Shown: in pieces, positions 13,741-27,069 of the stretch | How the letters are laid out: each line of letters starts with the position of its first letter | Numbering within the stretch: the stretch's first letter is position 1 | DNA from: Octopus vulgaris | Taxonomy: Eukaryota | Assembly: GCA_951406725.2 (NCBI GenBank) | Contig: OX597823.1 | Location: 71,858,001 to 71,922,000 of the forward strand | Reading direction: 5' to 3' | Length of the DNA: 64,000 nucleotides | The notes under the pieces: generated by a model | Seen by the model: only the letters and a program-made list of their open reading frames with translations | Databases searched by the model: none | Told to the model about the DNA's origin: nothing | Made by a program: the position numbers and the translations under genes

Positions 13741-13832
13741 TTCTTCCTGAAGAGAAAGACACAATATGGTCTCCTTATTCAATCGGAATTTGGTAAATTG
13801 TGCCTTTCGAAACACGTGTAGAATGCAATAAA
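13741..13832 (+). ncRNA. Type I hammerhead ribozyme motif (Penelope-like pLTR type)
   Basis: CTGAAGA 13747-13753; stem II GAAAGACACAAT / ATTGTGCCTTTC (11/12 bp); GAAA 13809-13812; palindromic stem III ACACGTGT; GUA site (13820); short stem I TTC/GAA; AATAAA at 13827. Confidence 0.7.
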
Positions 13833-14039
13833 ACGATTTCTGTTCAATCTTCGTTCAACTCCATTTCTTCAATTCACTAATAATATTAAAATTCAATTAT
13901 CCGCACCAACGCATGGTTGCAACACCATATGGTTGTACCTCCAACCGTGCTGTCTTCTGCTGTGATTTTTGCTACCAAGGTATCGGTTAAACTTTTGATT
14001 AATCTGCAACAAGATTATTCATCTTTCTATTTCACAAAA

Positions 14040-14354
<315 letters not shown>

Positions 14355-15551
14355 GTTTATATATTTGCTGTGCAAGATTTTTTTATTGGCTAAACTGGCA
14401 AAATGACCATTCCGAAATATAACAATATATATATATATATATATATGAATCATTTCCATAGCATTCAATTCATTTTCTTTAATCATTGCAGAACTTGTCA
14501 ATTCATTGCAATTTACGGTTTGAATTATAATTTAGTAGATTGCTAAAATAACCAAGATTAACTTCTGTGCTTTTTTTAGTACTCACTGAATCGCATACAT
14601 AATTTTTGCACTTATCTTTCCAAGCTCTCGGTTTTACAATACATAATATCAAGAAAGATACTTTCCCTTGAGTTTTGAAGCTAGGAATAAATAATATATA
14701 TATAGCATATACATTCATGAATATATTATATAAATGTGGTTAAATATTTCTTGTGCATACGGCTTTTGCTTCGTACACACATATACACACACACATACAC
14801 ATAGATGTACTTACACATAGGCATACATAAACATAGACACACATTCTTAAAGACAAAAAAAAAAAAGAAAAATGCTATCTAAGAATGCAATGAGGCACTT
14901 ACATTAATATATTGTTTTTCAATAAATATAATTCAATTTTTATAGTTCGATATTTCTTTCGTTATTTTGCTTCATCATTTATAAAAAATATAGATAGACA
15001 TGTATCTTCGGTATCCGTAGTGCATATATATACACATATAAAAACATATATCTCTTCAATGTATATGCACCCAAAAGAAAACATATGCAAACACTAAAAA
15101 CATACACAAGAAGAAAATATACAACTGAACAAGTATACTTTCATAGACACACGCACACACTTCTGTTTGCCCTTTTATAATATTTTATGTTGGTTACTTT
15201 CTATTGTATAGCAGTTTCATTTTTTTATCAACGATAAAAATGAAGCGAAAAATGAGAACCCAGGAACTTCAAGCTCAAATTTTTGAGCTAGGAATGAAAA
15301 AAAAACAGGTTTTCTTTTCAGTTTTGTCTGTTAACATTCTTCTTTATATCGTTTCCATTCCATTAGTCATATAAACGTGTCTGTATCATAATGATTGTGG
15401 TGTACACAGACATATATACACATTCCTGAATGCAAAATACAGTATATACATATAAGTGTATGTAAAAACCTCTGTCTAATACCTATATATACAAATTTAT
15501 GTATGTATGTGTGTGTATACACACACACACAAATATATATACATATACATA

Positions 15552-15590
<39 letters not shown>

Positions 15591-15914
15591 GTGTATGTCT
15601 ATATGTATACATATATATGTGTGTGTGTGCGTATTTAAATATGGTGTACCTGACTTCAGTATTTATCCCTATAAAAATGCATTTTGTAAAACAATTTTAA
15701 CTATTTTAGCAAAAGATGTTTTCTACCATTTTTCTTGAAGATTCTTTATAATCATTTTATTTCTAATTTTCTTGTGTTTGAAGGCGTTTGATAAATTTTT
15801 TAGTTAATTGTCTAACATATTGCTAAATTCACAGATGTCTACTGAATATATTCATTTTACATACGTACATACATACATATATACATAATTCATACACATA
15901 TACATACATATCTA

Positions 15915-16220
15915 TGGACAACTGCTTCAAAACTTCCAGACAATGAATCCATATTCATGCCAACAATAATTGGAGCACTGGGTTTTATTAGTAAATGCTT
16001 AAAGGAGAATCTCGATAAACTGGGATTTTCAGAAAGAGAAATCGACTGGCTAATTCGTATATTACAAGTTCAATCTGTGAGTGGAATAGTAAGAATATGC
16101 AAAACTTTTCTCAAGTTTCAAGTGTGGATTTGTATTAAGTACATCCCAAATATGGAGCCTTGTATCTTTGTTGGAAACCGGCTCCCTTCTCAGTGGAAGT
16201 TTTATGATAATTAAAAAATA
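15915..16220 (+). mobile_element. R4/Dong-like (RLE-type) LINE 3' fragment
   Basis: MPTIIGALGFISKCLKENLDKLGF...LQVQSVSGIVRICKTFLKF matches the P-I-I-I-G-A-L-G C-terminus of restriction-like-endonuclease LINEs, followed by a short 3' UTR. Confidence 0.7.
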
Positions 16221-16222
16221 GA

Positions 16223-16286
16223 AGCCTTCATCAGGTGTCTTGGGGAATCTTCGAACCTGGGTTCTCATATCTAAGGTATATTTCGA

Positions 16287-16337
<51 letters not shown>

Positions 16338-16440
16338 TACTACTACTACTACTACTACTATTCTTCAGGTCACTGCCTGTAATCGAACTCGGAATCTTGG
16401 TGTTAGTAGCCCGCGCTCTTAACCACTACGCCATATTCCC
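16223..16440 (-). mobile_element. tRNA-headed SINE with (TAG/TAA)n linker and truncated hammerhead-bearing tail
   Basis: Minus strand: TGGCGTAGTGG (A box), GAGTTCGATTAC (B-box-like), microsatellite, then ACATCGAAATATACC...CCCAAGACAC-CTGATGA-AGGCT, where it is truncated. Confidence 0.75.
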
Positions 16441-16443
16441 TTA

Positions 16444-16669
<226 letters not shown>

Positions 16670-16674
16670 AGAAA

Positions 16675-17072
16675 GTATGGGAAAATCTGACATTGTTTGA
16701 AGCAGATCCAGCTCGTTTCCTTCTTCAGGTTAAATGTTGGGTTCACTAAGAGGCTGCCACAATGCGACAACAGATACAGTGGGAACATCCCCGCTGACTC
16801 GCTCCAAAGTCATTTCATCAGCAAGGAAATTGATCGCCTCAGTTTTTGTGCTTGCAAAAGGCATTGTGTTTATTGACTATCTTGATTATCTTCAGAAGGA
16901 CCGCATCATCAATGGAGCGTGCTATGCCAACTTACTGAGGTAGTTACGAAAGGCTATCAAAGCCAAACGCACTGAAAAAAAAAAAAAACTGACAAAAGGG
17001 CATTTGTTTCATCAGAACAATGCACCAGCACACAATGGCTGCTATGTGTGACTGAGGCTTTGGACTGGTTCA
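16675..17072 (+). mobile_element. Mariner transposase relic (internal fragment)
   Basis: KVISSARKLIASVF..KGIVFIDYL..KDRIINGACYANLL and LFHQNNAPAH motifs, with stops and frameshifts. Same family as 50339-51583. Confidence 0.8.
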
Positions 17073-17223
17073 CCAGTTCTGTCGACTTCGGGGCTCGTCG
17101 ACACCAGAGCTCGACTGGTATTTATTTAACCGGCCCCGAAATAATAAAATTTGGATTTCGTCAAGTTTTACGCTAATCAGCGAATAGGTGAACAAATATG
17201 TAGACAATATGTAGACAATAAAC

Positions 17224-17445
17224 AAGGCGGCGAGCTGGCAGAAACGTTAGCACGCCGGGCGAAATGCGTAGCCGTATTTCGTCTGCCGTTACGTTCCGAG
17301 TTGAAATTCCGCCGAGGTCGACTTTGCCTTTCATCCTCTCGGGGTCGATTAAATAAGTACCAGTTACACACTGGGGTCGATATAATCGACTTAATCCCTT
17401 TGTTTGTCCCCTCTGTGTTTAGCCCCTTGTGGGTAGTAAAGAAAT
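17224..17445 (+). mobile_element. SINE family B monomer with 16-bp flanking direct repeat
   Basis: Head AAGGCGGCGAGCTGGCAGAAACG; body GCCTTTCATCCT..GGGGTCGAT..AAGTACCAG (resembles the MetaSINE central domain, from memory). CAATATGTAGACAATA at 17205-17220 and 17446-17461. Confidence 0.9.
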
Positions 17446-18290
17446 CAATATGTAGACAATATAAAATGTAATTCAGTTAGTTCTGTAATCGAAGTTTGAA
17501 ATCCACACTTCGTTGTTGTCTGACTGTCTATCAGGCTGTCTCTTTGTTTGGTGTAGAAGTCAGTTACCTTTTCGCTGGTTCCCCACCCGTCTTAAATCTA
17601 ATACGAATCCTAGCCATCCTGATACTGGAGTGTTCCATTTCCTCTCAACGCCATACATTATGATCTAATAGTGTCGAGTAGGCAACGAGTAGAATTACTT
17701 CTCCCATTAATTTTCCTTATCTTCTACTACTGAACTAGTATTATGTGTATGTGTTTGGCTGGTAAGAAAATAACACTGCTTCAAAGTTCAATGACTAACA
17801 TTGTTGTAGTACTATAAATGTAGGAAAGATTAGGAGAAGGAAAAGTAGGATGTATAAAGTGTAGAGTAAAGCAAGGCTGCTGGAAGAAAATCCAACAGAC
17901 TAAAAATATACACTCACTTGCATCTGTATATGATCACACATTCGTTCCTTTATATACAAAATAACGCGCGCACGCAGATACACACACAGCACACACGTTT
18001 CTGTTTCATGCACACACAGATTGCACTTACATGCAGTTATAGACACAAATGAGTAAAGCATTCTGATATTAAATGAAATATAAATAAGTGAATTATAAGA
18101 GAAAGAGAGACAAAGGAGCGATATAAATAGAAGAGACAGGAGAGAGGGAGAATGAGAAATGCATTTGGAGGCGAGAAAGTTGCGAACAGAGAGATATTGG
18201 AGAGAGCAGTTTCATGTGCAGAACTGGGACATGAGTGAAGATATTGTTTTTAAAATGTGTAGAGAGAATCAGAAAGTGCCACAAAAGTGA

Positions 18291-19265
18291 CCCTTTTCCT
18301 CCTCCTACTCTTCCTCCTCCTCCCCTTCCTCCTCCTCCACCACCAACTCCTCCTCCTCTACCTCCTCTACCTCCTCCCCTTCCCTCTCCTCCTTCTCTTT
18401 CTCCTCCACCACCACCACCTCCACCTCCTCTACCGCCTCCCTTTCCTCCTTCTTCTCCTCCTCCTCCTCCACCACCACCACCACCTCCACCTCCTCCTCC
18501 CCTTCCTCCTCCTCCACCACCAACTCCTCCTCCTCTACCTCCTCTACCTCCTCCCCTTCCCTCTCCTCCTTCTCTTTCTCCTCCACCACCACCACCTCCA
18601 CCTCCTCTACCGCCTCCCTTTCCTCCTTCTTCTCCTCCTCCTCCTCCTCCACCACCACCACCACCTCCACCTCCTCTTCTTCTTCTTCTTCTTCTTCTTC
18701 TTCTTCCTCCACCTCCCCTCGTTTCTTCTTCCTCCTTCTCCTCTCCCACCCCCACCATCTCCTCCTTCTCTTCTTCTTCCTCCACCTCCCCTCTTTTCTT
18801 CTTCCTCCTTCTACTCTTCCTCCACTTCCTCTTTTTTCTCCTTCTCCTCTTCTTCCTTGTCCTCTTTCTCCCTCTCCTCTTTCTCCCTCTCCTCTTTCTC
18901 CTTCGCCTCTTCTTCCTTCTCCTCTTCCTCCTTCTCTTTCTCCTTCTCCTATTCCCCTTTCTCCTCTTCCTACCGCTCTCCCTCTTTCTCCTCTTCCTAC
19001 CGCTCTTCCTCTTTCTCCTCTTCCCCTTTTCTCCTCTTCCTTCTGCTCTTCCTCCTCCTTCTTCTTCCCCCTCCTACTTCTCCTCCTCCCCTTCCCCTTC
19101 CTTCTCCTTCTCCTCATTTTTGTCCTCTTCCTTTTCCCTCATTCTTGTCCTCTTCCTTTTCCCTCCTTCTTGTCCTCCTTCTCCTCCTCCTTCTGGTCGT
19201 TATCCTTCTCCTCCTCCTTCTAATCCTCTTCCTCCTCCTTCTAATCCTCTTCCTCCTCCGCGTCC
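18291..19265. repeat. ~1-kb polypyrimidine/polypurine (CCT/CTT/CCA) low-complexity tract with a 177-bp internal tandem duplication
   Basis: Marker CACCAACTCC recurs at 18341 and 18518. The tract is nearly devoid of G on the + strand. Confidence 0.9.
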
Positions 19266-19462
19266 TCATCATTATCATTTTAGTCGATCAAGTAAACCAT
19301 ATTCGGCCTCTATTATTTACAAACTCGTACAAAACTTAGAATTCTTTATTAATGCTGGCCGTAATTTTTTCGGTAGTAATGTAAAGCAGGGAGAGATACA
19401 TCTACATCAGTGACCAGTGCAAATATAATGAAGTTGTATTACAAATGATGAAGATAATAATA

Positions 19463-19494
<32 letters not shown>

Positions 19495-20377
19495 GGCGAT
19501 GACTATGAAAATGACTTATTGTATATCAACGACGTCGTCGTCAGGCTTAAAATGAATCTATGGAAATTCCAACTGAGTTTTACGACCGAACAAAATTGAT
19601 TAGACATGCGTATATTTTGATGATAGAGAAACAATGGCAATTCCATAGTGTTAGACATTAGTTATTTTTTCAACTAGCAGACGATCAACTCCGCCATTTT
19701 CTTGTGTTCTGTTACGGTATTTCATTTGATGTTCTTTCTAAATGCTTGATTTAAAATTAGCAAATCGAGATCATTATTGCCTACATTTAACATCCTTGAG
19801 ATTATTGTTGTGAATTTACTGAATTATTAGTTCTATTATAGCCATGATTAGCTCTAGCTAGCTTAATATCCTGTTTCGAAAATGTTTTGAATTGCTTCAA
19901 AGCAGTATCTATTGAGTACAATAGAAATTACACAACCAGAAAATGTTTATGGCCTAAAAGCGGGCGTTTAAGATTGCTTAAACTTCTGATCAAATCACAA
20001 TCAGCACAAATAATGCCTTGCATAGGCAATGGCAGTTTCATATAGGCTACTGACAATAAGCACAATATGCTTCTTACCCAAATAAATAAAGGCTGAAAAT
20101 AAAACCGAATCACATATTCGTGAGGAGTAGCAATTTGATAGCCAAGTAAATGTTACTCATCACGATATGATTCATGATCGCAACACTGAAAACGATCCAT
20201 TAATATAATTAAATTATATAAAAACTAGGTTTCATATTTGAGGTGCTTCGAATGTATTCGACCTAACTCCTAAAAATGACAATAAAATATGACAGTCATA
20301 TGTAGATTGATTGTGTATATTGAACTACTAACGTAATAATCACATTACTTCGAAACAACTAAATAAATATAACAGAA

Positions 20378-20448
<71 letters not shown>

Positions 20449-21129
20449 TAGGGTGGCAGTTAGAAAAAAATGATGTTTTATCATTTGACTGGAGACCTGG
20501 CTCGCATTCCTACAACTAATTAATCCTCACTACTATCAGCATACAGCCAGATGGATTAAGTTAAAATTCGGAATCACCAATAGATCCCATACTTGTTTCG
20601 AGGTTGCAGAGTTATGAGTTAATGCTGGATTTACAGAACTCATCTTTTTACAATTCTTGTGTAACAATCATATTATTTGGTTCCCATACCGATATAGAGA
20701 ACATCGCCTCAGTGTAAAAGAAATATTTTATAAGACATTACTGGTCGGGAAAGATTATAAGTCTTAAACTTCCTTCGATGTTCAAAATGGTTTAATAAAG
20801 ATCAACTTTCTGTAGCTTTGCCTTTCTAATTAGACACAATTCCTTTTATGAATTGAGATTAAGTCTTCCGGTCAAAACTCTTAAGTATTTTAAAATTAAA
20901 AGTGTTGTGAATGTAAGAGCAAGAGTTAAACGGGGCTCGGGAGGAGAGGAAGGATCCAAACTGGGTGTGAGACAGATTTGAAATGCAGCAAGCTAAAAAG
21001 TCATGTAAAGTAGGGAAATATTTGAAGCAGGAAAGGGTTCGTTCATGGAATGTTTGGTAGGTGGGAATATAATACTAAGATAAAGAAAATATGATCCACA
21101 GAAGTTTCCAAATATAATACAGTAATAAC

Positions 21130-21865
21130 CCGCAAGGCGTTTACTGTAGCAGTGTTCATACCAACACTGGACGCTAGATGAGAACTGGACTATTGACGTT
21201 TATGCCCTGAAAACTATTAACGCATTCCAGGAATTTCCACATTAAGAATTATGTGGTCCGTGTCTCCATTTACAATGACAACAAGGCAGCATTGTATCCC
21301 TATCATTCAATATCCCCTACTCACCTATATCGAAGCTTTTCCATGGATCAAGTCTGCATATATGACGCTGAGAATTACTAAGAATACTCTACGCACCCAG
21401 AAAATTTGTACGATACTCTACAGCAGGTCGCTAGAAGAGAAGCTGCATTTGTATGAACAAGAGGTCATGCATAACAATATCCGAAGTGACAGCAACATAG
21501 ATAACCAGAGGAGCTACCTTGGATTAGCACTCGGGATATTAGCTCTCATTTTGAAGGAGACAGTTTTGCAATACAGGAGTAGACAATACCCGAAAATACC
21601 TGATATACTTAGGAGATACAGATGAAGATATATCCCCAAGATGTAACAATCGACGTAGGCTTTGTAGAATTAGCAATGAGGATGTGATCCACATTATGTA
21701 TAACTGTACAAAAAAGTTATCATGTTATTACCTATGAGATATTAATAAAAAAAACCCCAGAATAACAGACTATAACTGGGACAGAGAAAAGTAACTATAC
21801 ACAATAGTTGAAATCTGTTGTCCAGATGTCAACAGTAAGTTAAAGGTTTGTGAGAAAGTAACATC
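21130..21865 (+). mobile_element. Highly decayed R4/Dong-like LINE fragment (post-RT, CCHC knuckle and RLE region)
   Basis: Frame-broken motifs FAIQE, CNNR.RLCR...EDVIHI, W-DREK...IVEICCPDVN...KV.EK. Confidence 0.6.
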
Positions 21866-21990
21866 CGGCAAAGGATGCCGATAGAATAAGTACTAGGCTT
21901 AAAAATAAGTTCTGGGGTCGATTTGTTCGACTAAAACCCTTTAAAGTGGTGCCCCAGCATGGCGCAGCAGTCAAAGAATTAAAGTAAAAA
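21866..21990 (+). mobile_element. SINE family A 3' fragment
   Basis: CCGATAGAATAAGTACTAGGCTT...GGGGTCGATTTG...GGTGCCCCAGCATGG matches the 7788 copy. Confidence 0.8.
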
Positions 21991-22018
21991 AAAACATATT
22001 ACAAATATATACTATATG

Positions 22019-22059
<41 letters not shown>

Positions 22060-22830
22060 CACACACACACATTATATAGATATATATGCTTGCATACATG
22101 CATATACTTACGTGGGTACAAGGCTGCTTGGTTGGTGTAAAAATTCCTAGGAATGAGTAATTGTTTCCGGGCTAGAAACCGGCTCTTTCCGCGATTGGCG
22201 GGAAATACATAAGTGCTTAGATACCTGCTTACTTGCATGTAAGTACATGCGTACTTAGCTAAATAGACACCTACCTACCTACCTACATACATACATACAT
22301 TCATTCCTCACCTTGGGAATATTCAGTACTATTAATTGCCGATAGGGACCAGCTCTAATTTCTTACAATTCGATTAGTTGATTTATATATTAATTACATA
22401 TTGCAGTAAGTATGATATGTCAGATACATATAATATCATTAATGGATACACAAATGATAGCAGAGTGTATGACACAAATGTAAAACGATAGAGTGAGATG
22501 AGTGTATTAAAAAATAACATTGCTACGGAAAGCAGAAAAACAAGTAATAAATGACACAAAATATCTAACTCACCGTTACACATTTGACAGACACATAGGT
22601 GCTATCATGGCTGTGCGGTCAAGCAGTTCGCTTTGAAACCTACAGATTTCAAGTTCTGTCCGACTTAGCAACAGCTTGTGATCCAGTTTGAGCATTGGGT
22701 GTATTAGTAAATTTGGTCGACCGAGGACTTCAGAAGAAGACGTTTGTCCAATATGCAGTATGAACTAAAAACTACTTGGTTGGAAAGGGAACTTTATCAC
22801 ACAGCCATGTTTCCACAGAAAAATTATAAG

Positions 22831-22872
22831 ACCTCTCTCGGCAGAGATTCGAACCCTGGTTTCACGTGTGAC
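22831..22872 (-). pseudogene. tRNA-Asp(GTC)-like 3'-half fragment
   Basis: Minus strand GTCACACGTGAAACCAGGGTTCGAATCTCTGCCGAGAGAG resembles the anticodon-to-acceptor half of eukaryotic tRNA-Asp. No 5' half is present. Confidence 0.5.
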
Positions 22873-23196
22873 TGACCTACACACACACACACGCGCGCGC
22901 AAATATATATGTACATATGCATGTATTACGTATGCTTGTGTATCTTTGTATACGTACTCACAACTATATAGGTTTTCTCCAGGCGTTGCCTTATATATTC
23001 ACCCGATCAAAACAAGTTTGTCATTATTTCCTTGTCTGTTTAACTTGTTTATTATTTTTTTTCTGTTCTAAATTTGTTCAGTCGTACGTGAAATGCAGTG
23101 TTTGTTGGATTCATGAAAGCTACATCACATCACGCTTCATAGATTATGCGTTTCGAATCCAAGAGCAGGGGATTGGCGCAAAACGTTAAATAAAAT

Positions 23197-23400
23197 AGGC
23201 GCAGGAGTGGCTGTGTGGTAAGTAGCTTAGCTTGCTTACGAACCACATGGTTCCGGGTTGATTTCCACTGCGTGGCACCTTGTGCAAGTGTCTTCTACTA
23301 TAGCCTCAGGCTGACCAAAGCCTTGTGAGTGGATTTGTTAGACGGAAACTGAAAGAAGCCCGTCGTATATATGTATTGTGTGTGTGTGTGTGTGTGTTTA
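23197..23400 (+). mobile_element. SINE family A 5' half
   Basis: AGGCGCAGGAGTGGCTGTGTGG...GAAAGAAGCCCGTCG followed by (TG)n. Confidence 0.9.
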
Positions 23401-23511
23401 TGTCTCTTCACCTCTCTGGCCAGCTAAAATCAGTGTAGAGCTGTATGCAGCGGATCACTTAGAGATCAACCATAAACCCACGCACCTTACTAAAACTCTC
23501 TTTTCCTCTTT

Positions 23512-23754
23512 CCGCCCTTTTCAAGCCTAGCCAGGCTCATGGGCCCAGTTTCCTGGTTTCTGTGGAAGAGAGAGTGAGAGAAAGTTGTGGCGAAAGAGTA
23601 CAACAGGGCTCACCACCACCCCCTGTCAGAGCCTAGTGGCGCTTTTATGTGTTTTCGCTCAATAAACACACACAACGCCCGGTCTGGGAATCGAAACCGC
23701 GATCCTCCGGCTGCGAGTCCGCTGCCCTAACCACTGGGCCATTGCGCCTCCACA
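23512..23754 (-). mobile_element. SINE family C (internal deletion)
   Basis: Homologous to the 36461 and 43403 copies; head TGTGGAGGCGCAATGGCCCAGTGG. Confidence 0.88.
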
Positions 23755-25124
23755 CAACTTACTATAACTAAGCTATACAAACAATAAATGTCGTAAACAA
23801 TACAGAAATCAAGCTAGAGTACATGATATTATGGTATTGACAGAACATAGAATGGTTCTGAATATCGAAAGAACTAAAAGAACAATACATGTGTTCAGAA
23901 ACAGACAGACGTTAATGTTCCGAGGGTAATACAAAAGTAAGTTAGAATTTATTTATCTGGTACTTTTTAAACAAAGAATGTATTTCAGCAAAATGTTTAT
24001 CGCTAAAGCATTTTCTCTCACATCCTCATCCCATTTACTAACTCTACATTTCTCCTAGCAGTCGAGGAAAAAAATCACTTGTGTTCCGTATTCAACAGTT
24101 AGATACACCGATTACTTCTATAGCAATGGAAAATTGTATATCGATTATCGATGACTAGTCAAGGTAACCAAGACAAGACATCATTGACTAGCGACATAAT
24201 TAAAATGATGACATGGACATCGAAATTCATTTCGCTCTTTCTTTATTCATCTGACTTCTTTCGGTTGCAGTACATTTCAGCCTTTTGTTTTGGTTTTTAA
24301 TCAATTGCCATAAAAAAGTCTTTATTTTATGATTGTTTTCTTTCTTTTTCCACTTTTCAAATCCTTTGTTCCTCCACCCCTCACCTTAACACAACCAGAA
24401 AACTTTTAATCTACTGAAATATTACCGACTGGCATGATACGAGGAGACTATTGTAAATAAATAAAGTACAGGAATTTATACACAAACATACACACAGAAA
24501 CACGCACGGGCGCACACACACACACATACACACACACACGCGCACAGACATACGCACATTTAAGCACTCAAACGCGCACTTAGATTATACACATCCACAC
24601 AGATACAGCTGTATGTTCGTGAATGTGTGAATGTATTTGAATGCAAGCAAATATACCTCATTCTAGAGTACTTTTAAGCTTCTATGTTACAGTATATAGG
24701 CTTTTGAGTGCACTTTTTACGCATGGTTGCATATGTATGTGAGTTGTACAAGTATGTAAGATTATATGCTTCTATAATAGCTTGTGTGTGTAAGTATGTG
24801 TGTGTTTGTGTGCGAGCGCATGTGTTTGTACATATGTGTAAGTGTAAGTATACACTGGAATGTCCCTTGGTGGTTAGTATACTTTAAGCCTATTATAATA
24901 TCATCAAAGATCACAAAAGTAAGTGAATGGTGGAAGACAATTGATATATCTATTAAGCAACTTACTGTTATACATACATACTCAACTAACAATTATAATA
25001 CAGAATTGTATTTTTAGTAATTGAAGTAGTGCTTACATAGTGCCGGGTCCTCTTACTAAATAAAATGACCGATAGCCTTCTCTAATCAGCGCTGAGTGTA
25101 AGATCTTAGAGTGCTCGTATGTAT

Positions 25125-25430
25125 GACGTGGAAACAATATGACCAAATGATTAACAAGTTCGCTTCTCATTCACGTGATCCCACTTTGGTTCCACAACGT
25201 GATGCCTTGACCAAGTGTCTGTTATCAAAGCCTCATGTCGACTCAAGAAATGTGAGGGGAAAAGTGGAACGAAGTACGTATGGAAGCCCATCAGATGAGC
25301 GTAATGGTTTAGCCCTGTCTCACTTCGACACACTGATTCTGCTTCAGAATTACGTTAAGATTACATATGTATGTGAAATACACAATAATTTAAACGTTAA
25401 GTCAATGAAAAGGCAGTTCAGTTATCAAAC
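25125..25430 (+). mobile_element. Old, diverged SINE (family A-like head, different tail); relatives at ~26100-26275 (+) and ~37390-37600 (-)
   Basis: Degenerate CCTTGACCAAGTGTCT core. The tail segment is similar to the reverse complement of 37450-37520. Confidence 0.5.
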
Positions 25431-25569
25431 ATTTGAATGCGCATCGTCGAATTCGACGGAGTACGACTGACATTTCCGGAATATAGTAAGAACATGAAAA
25501 GATTATGAGAATATATTTTAGTTGTGACTAGAGGACGGAGAAGTTCTTGTAACCCACAAGACCAAACAG

Positions 25570-25870
25570 GGTGATGCTATTGAATTCATCTTGAATCTTT
25601 TTAACTCAACGACTACAGGATACGAGTAGAGAGGGAATTTCAGGTGATGTTCTGGGAAGGTAAAAATGAGCGTAATGTTTAATGAGGATGCCAAGGAATT
25701 GGAGACAATAATGAGGATGGGAGCTAGGAAGATAAGTAGAGCAGGAGTGCCTGAATGGAGGTGATATAAGCTAGTCAGATCTGAGGAAAAAAGTCATTAA
25801 AATATCGGTAGAAAAGGTGCAAAGGGGGAAAACTGTGGGCCTATGGGTCAGAAGCTAGTGTATGCCTATG
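25570..25870 (-). mobile_element. Possible very old CR1/L2-group LINE 3' fragment
   Basis: Minus strand reads HYAHFYLPRTS...SL, then ...KRFKMN, reminiscent of the SFFPRT..LWNSLP...FK terminus. Heavily decayed. Confidence 0.35.
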
Positions 25871-26410
25871 AATGGTCGTATGCCAATTTGTCTGCCGGTT
25901 CGTTTCAAACATCAGTTATTCATTTACATGTAATGATGTCAGGTGGGTTTTTTGTTCGGCTGATTGGCAGGTTCATTGCGTCTCTATTGGTTGAAAGTTG
26001 TTATTTTTTGTCTTGATTGGGTGGCCTACCTGTTTGGCTTTTGGTAATCTCTGTTTAATTTAAAATTTCTCAATAAACTATTTCTATTGAGGGCTATATC
26101 TTGCAATCACGACGTTTAGGGTTCGATTTCATTGTGTGGCATCTTAGACACGCTTTTTACGATAGCCTATAGGGGACCCAAGTCATGTAAAGATAACAGG
26201 GTAAACGAAAACCATTCAGAAGCTCGTCGGATAGACTGTGGTTGCAAATTAAAGGGCCCAGCTTTGTCACAAGAGAACGCCTATCTATAGAATCCTCTGA
26301 CATCGGTTTATTTGATTATTAAGTATACAAAACCACATTATATCTATATACATAAAACTTTAAACCATCGAGATAGTACTGAAGTAATCACTTCTAAAAA
26401 GTACTATTTG

Positions 26411-26464
<54 letters not shown>

Positions 26465-26634
26465 TGAATGCGTGTCTGTGTTTTAGTGACATATTTGCAT
26501 TGCTATATAATTATTTCTATTAAGTATTTTTCATAAGTCTGTATCAGTCATTAATATCTAGTTTGGAACGATAAGGCGGCGAGCTGACAGAATCATCAGC
26601 ACGTTGGGCAACATACATACATACATATATGTAC

Positions 26635-26667
<33 letters not shown>

Positions 26668-27069
26668 TGTATGTATGTATGTATGTATGTATGTATATGA
26701 AAAAAAGACCAGAGAGGGTGGCTTTGGTCTGCTTCTGCAAGAAATATATTATACAGCAAAATCCATTAAAAGCATACAGGGAAATTGTCAGTTCTCTCTA
26801 ACTTAGAACACATAAAACACTTCAGTCTGTCATTAATTTCAGTCCTTTCAACTTATCTTGATGATGTGCTCTGTCCGAAACGTTGGATTTTTCACTTCTC
26901 ACGGCAAGTACACTCTTTTCTCTTTCTATTGATTTTACTAAATGTAGAAGAAAAGTTGCAAGATACACATAACGCAAAAATACAATCAGAAATAAAACAA
27001 ATTAACCTGACTTTACATAAACATCAATAGCCATATCAATTCATCCCTTTTCTCTAAATTGCTGGAGAT

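Noticed and set aside
16361-16440. Possible functional tRNA genes here and at the SINE heads (7167, 23754, 36760, 43658)
   Set aside because: Arms and acceptor stems are incomplete and each continues into a repeat body, so these are SINE heads.
18093-19413. Long Pro-rich (392 aa), Leu/Ser-rich, Gly-rich and Glu-rich ORFs
   Set aside because: Open in several frames on both strands only because the CCT/CTT tract lacks stops. No domain or splice support, and it lies in the TH intron.
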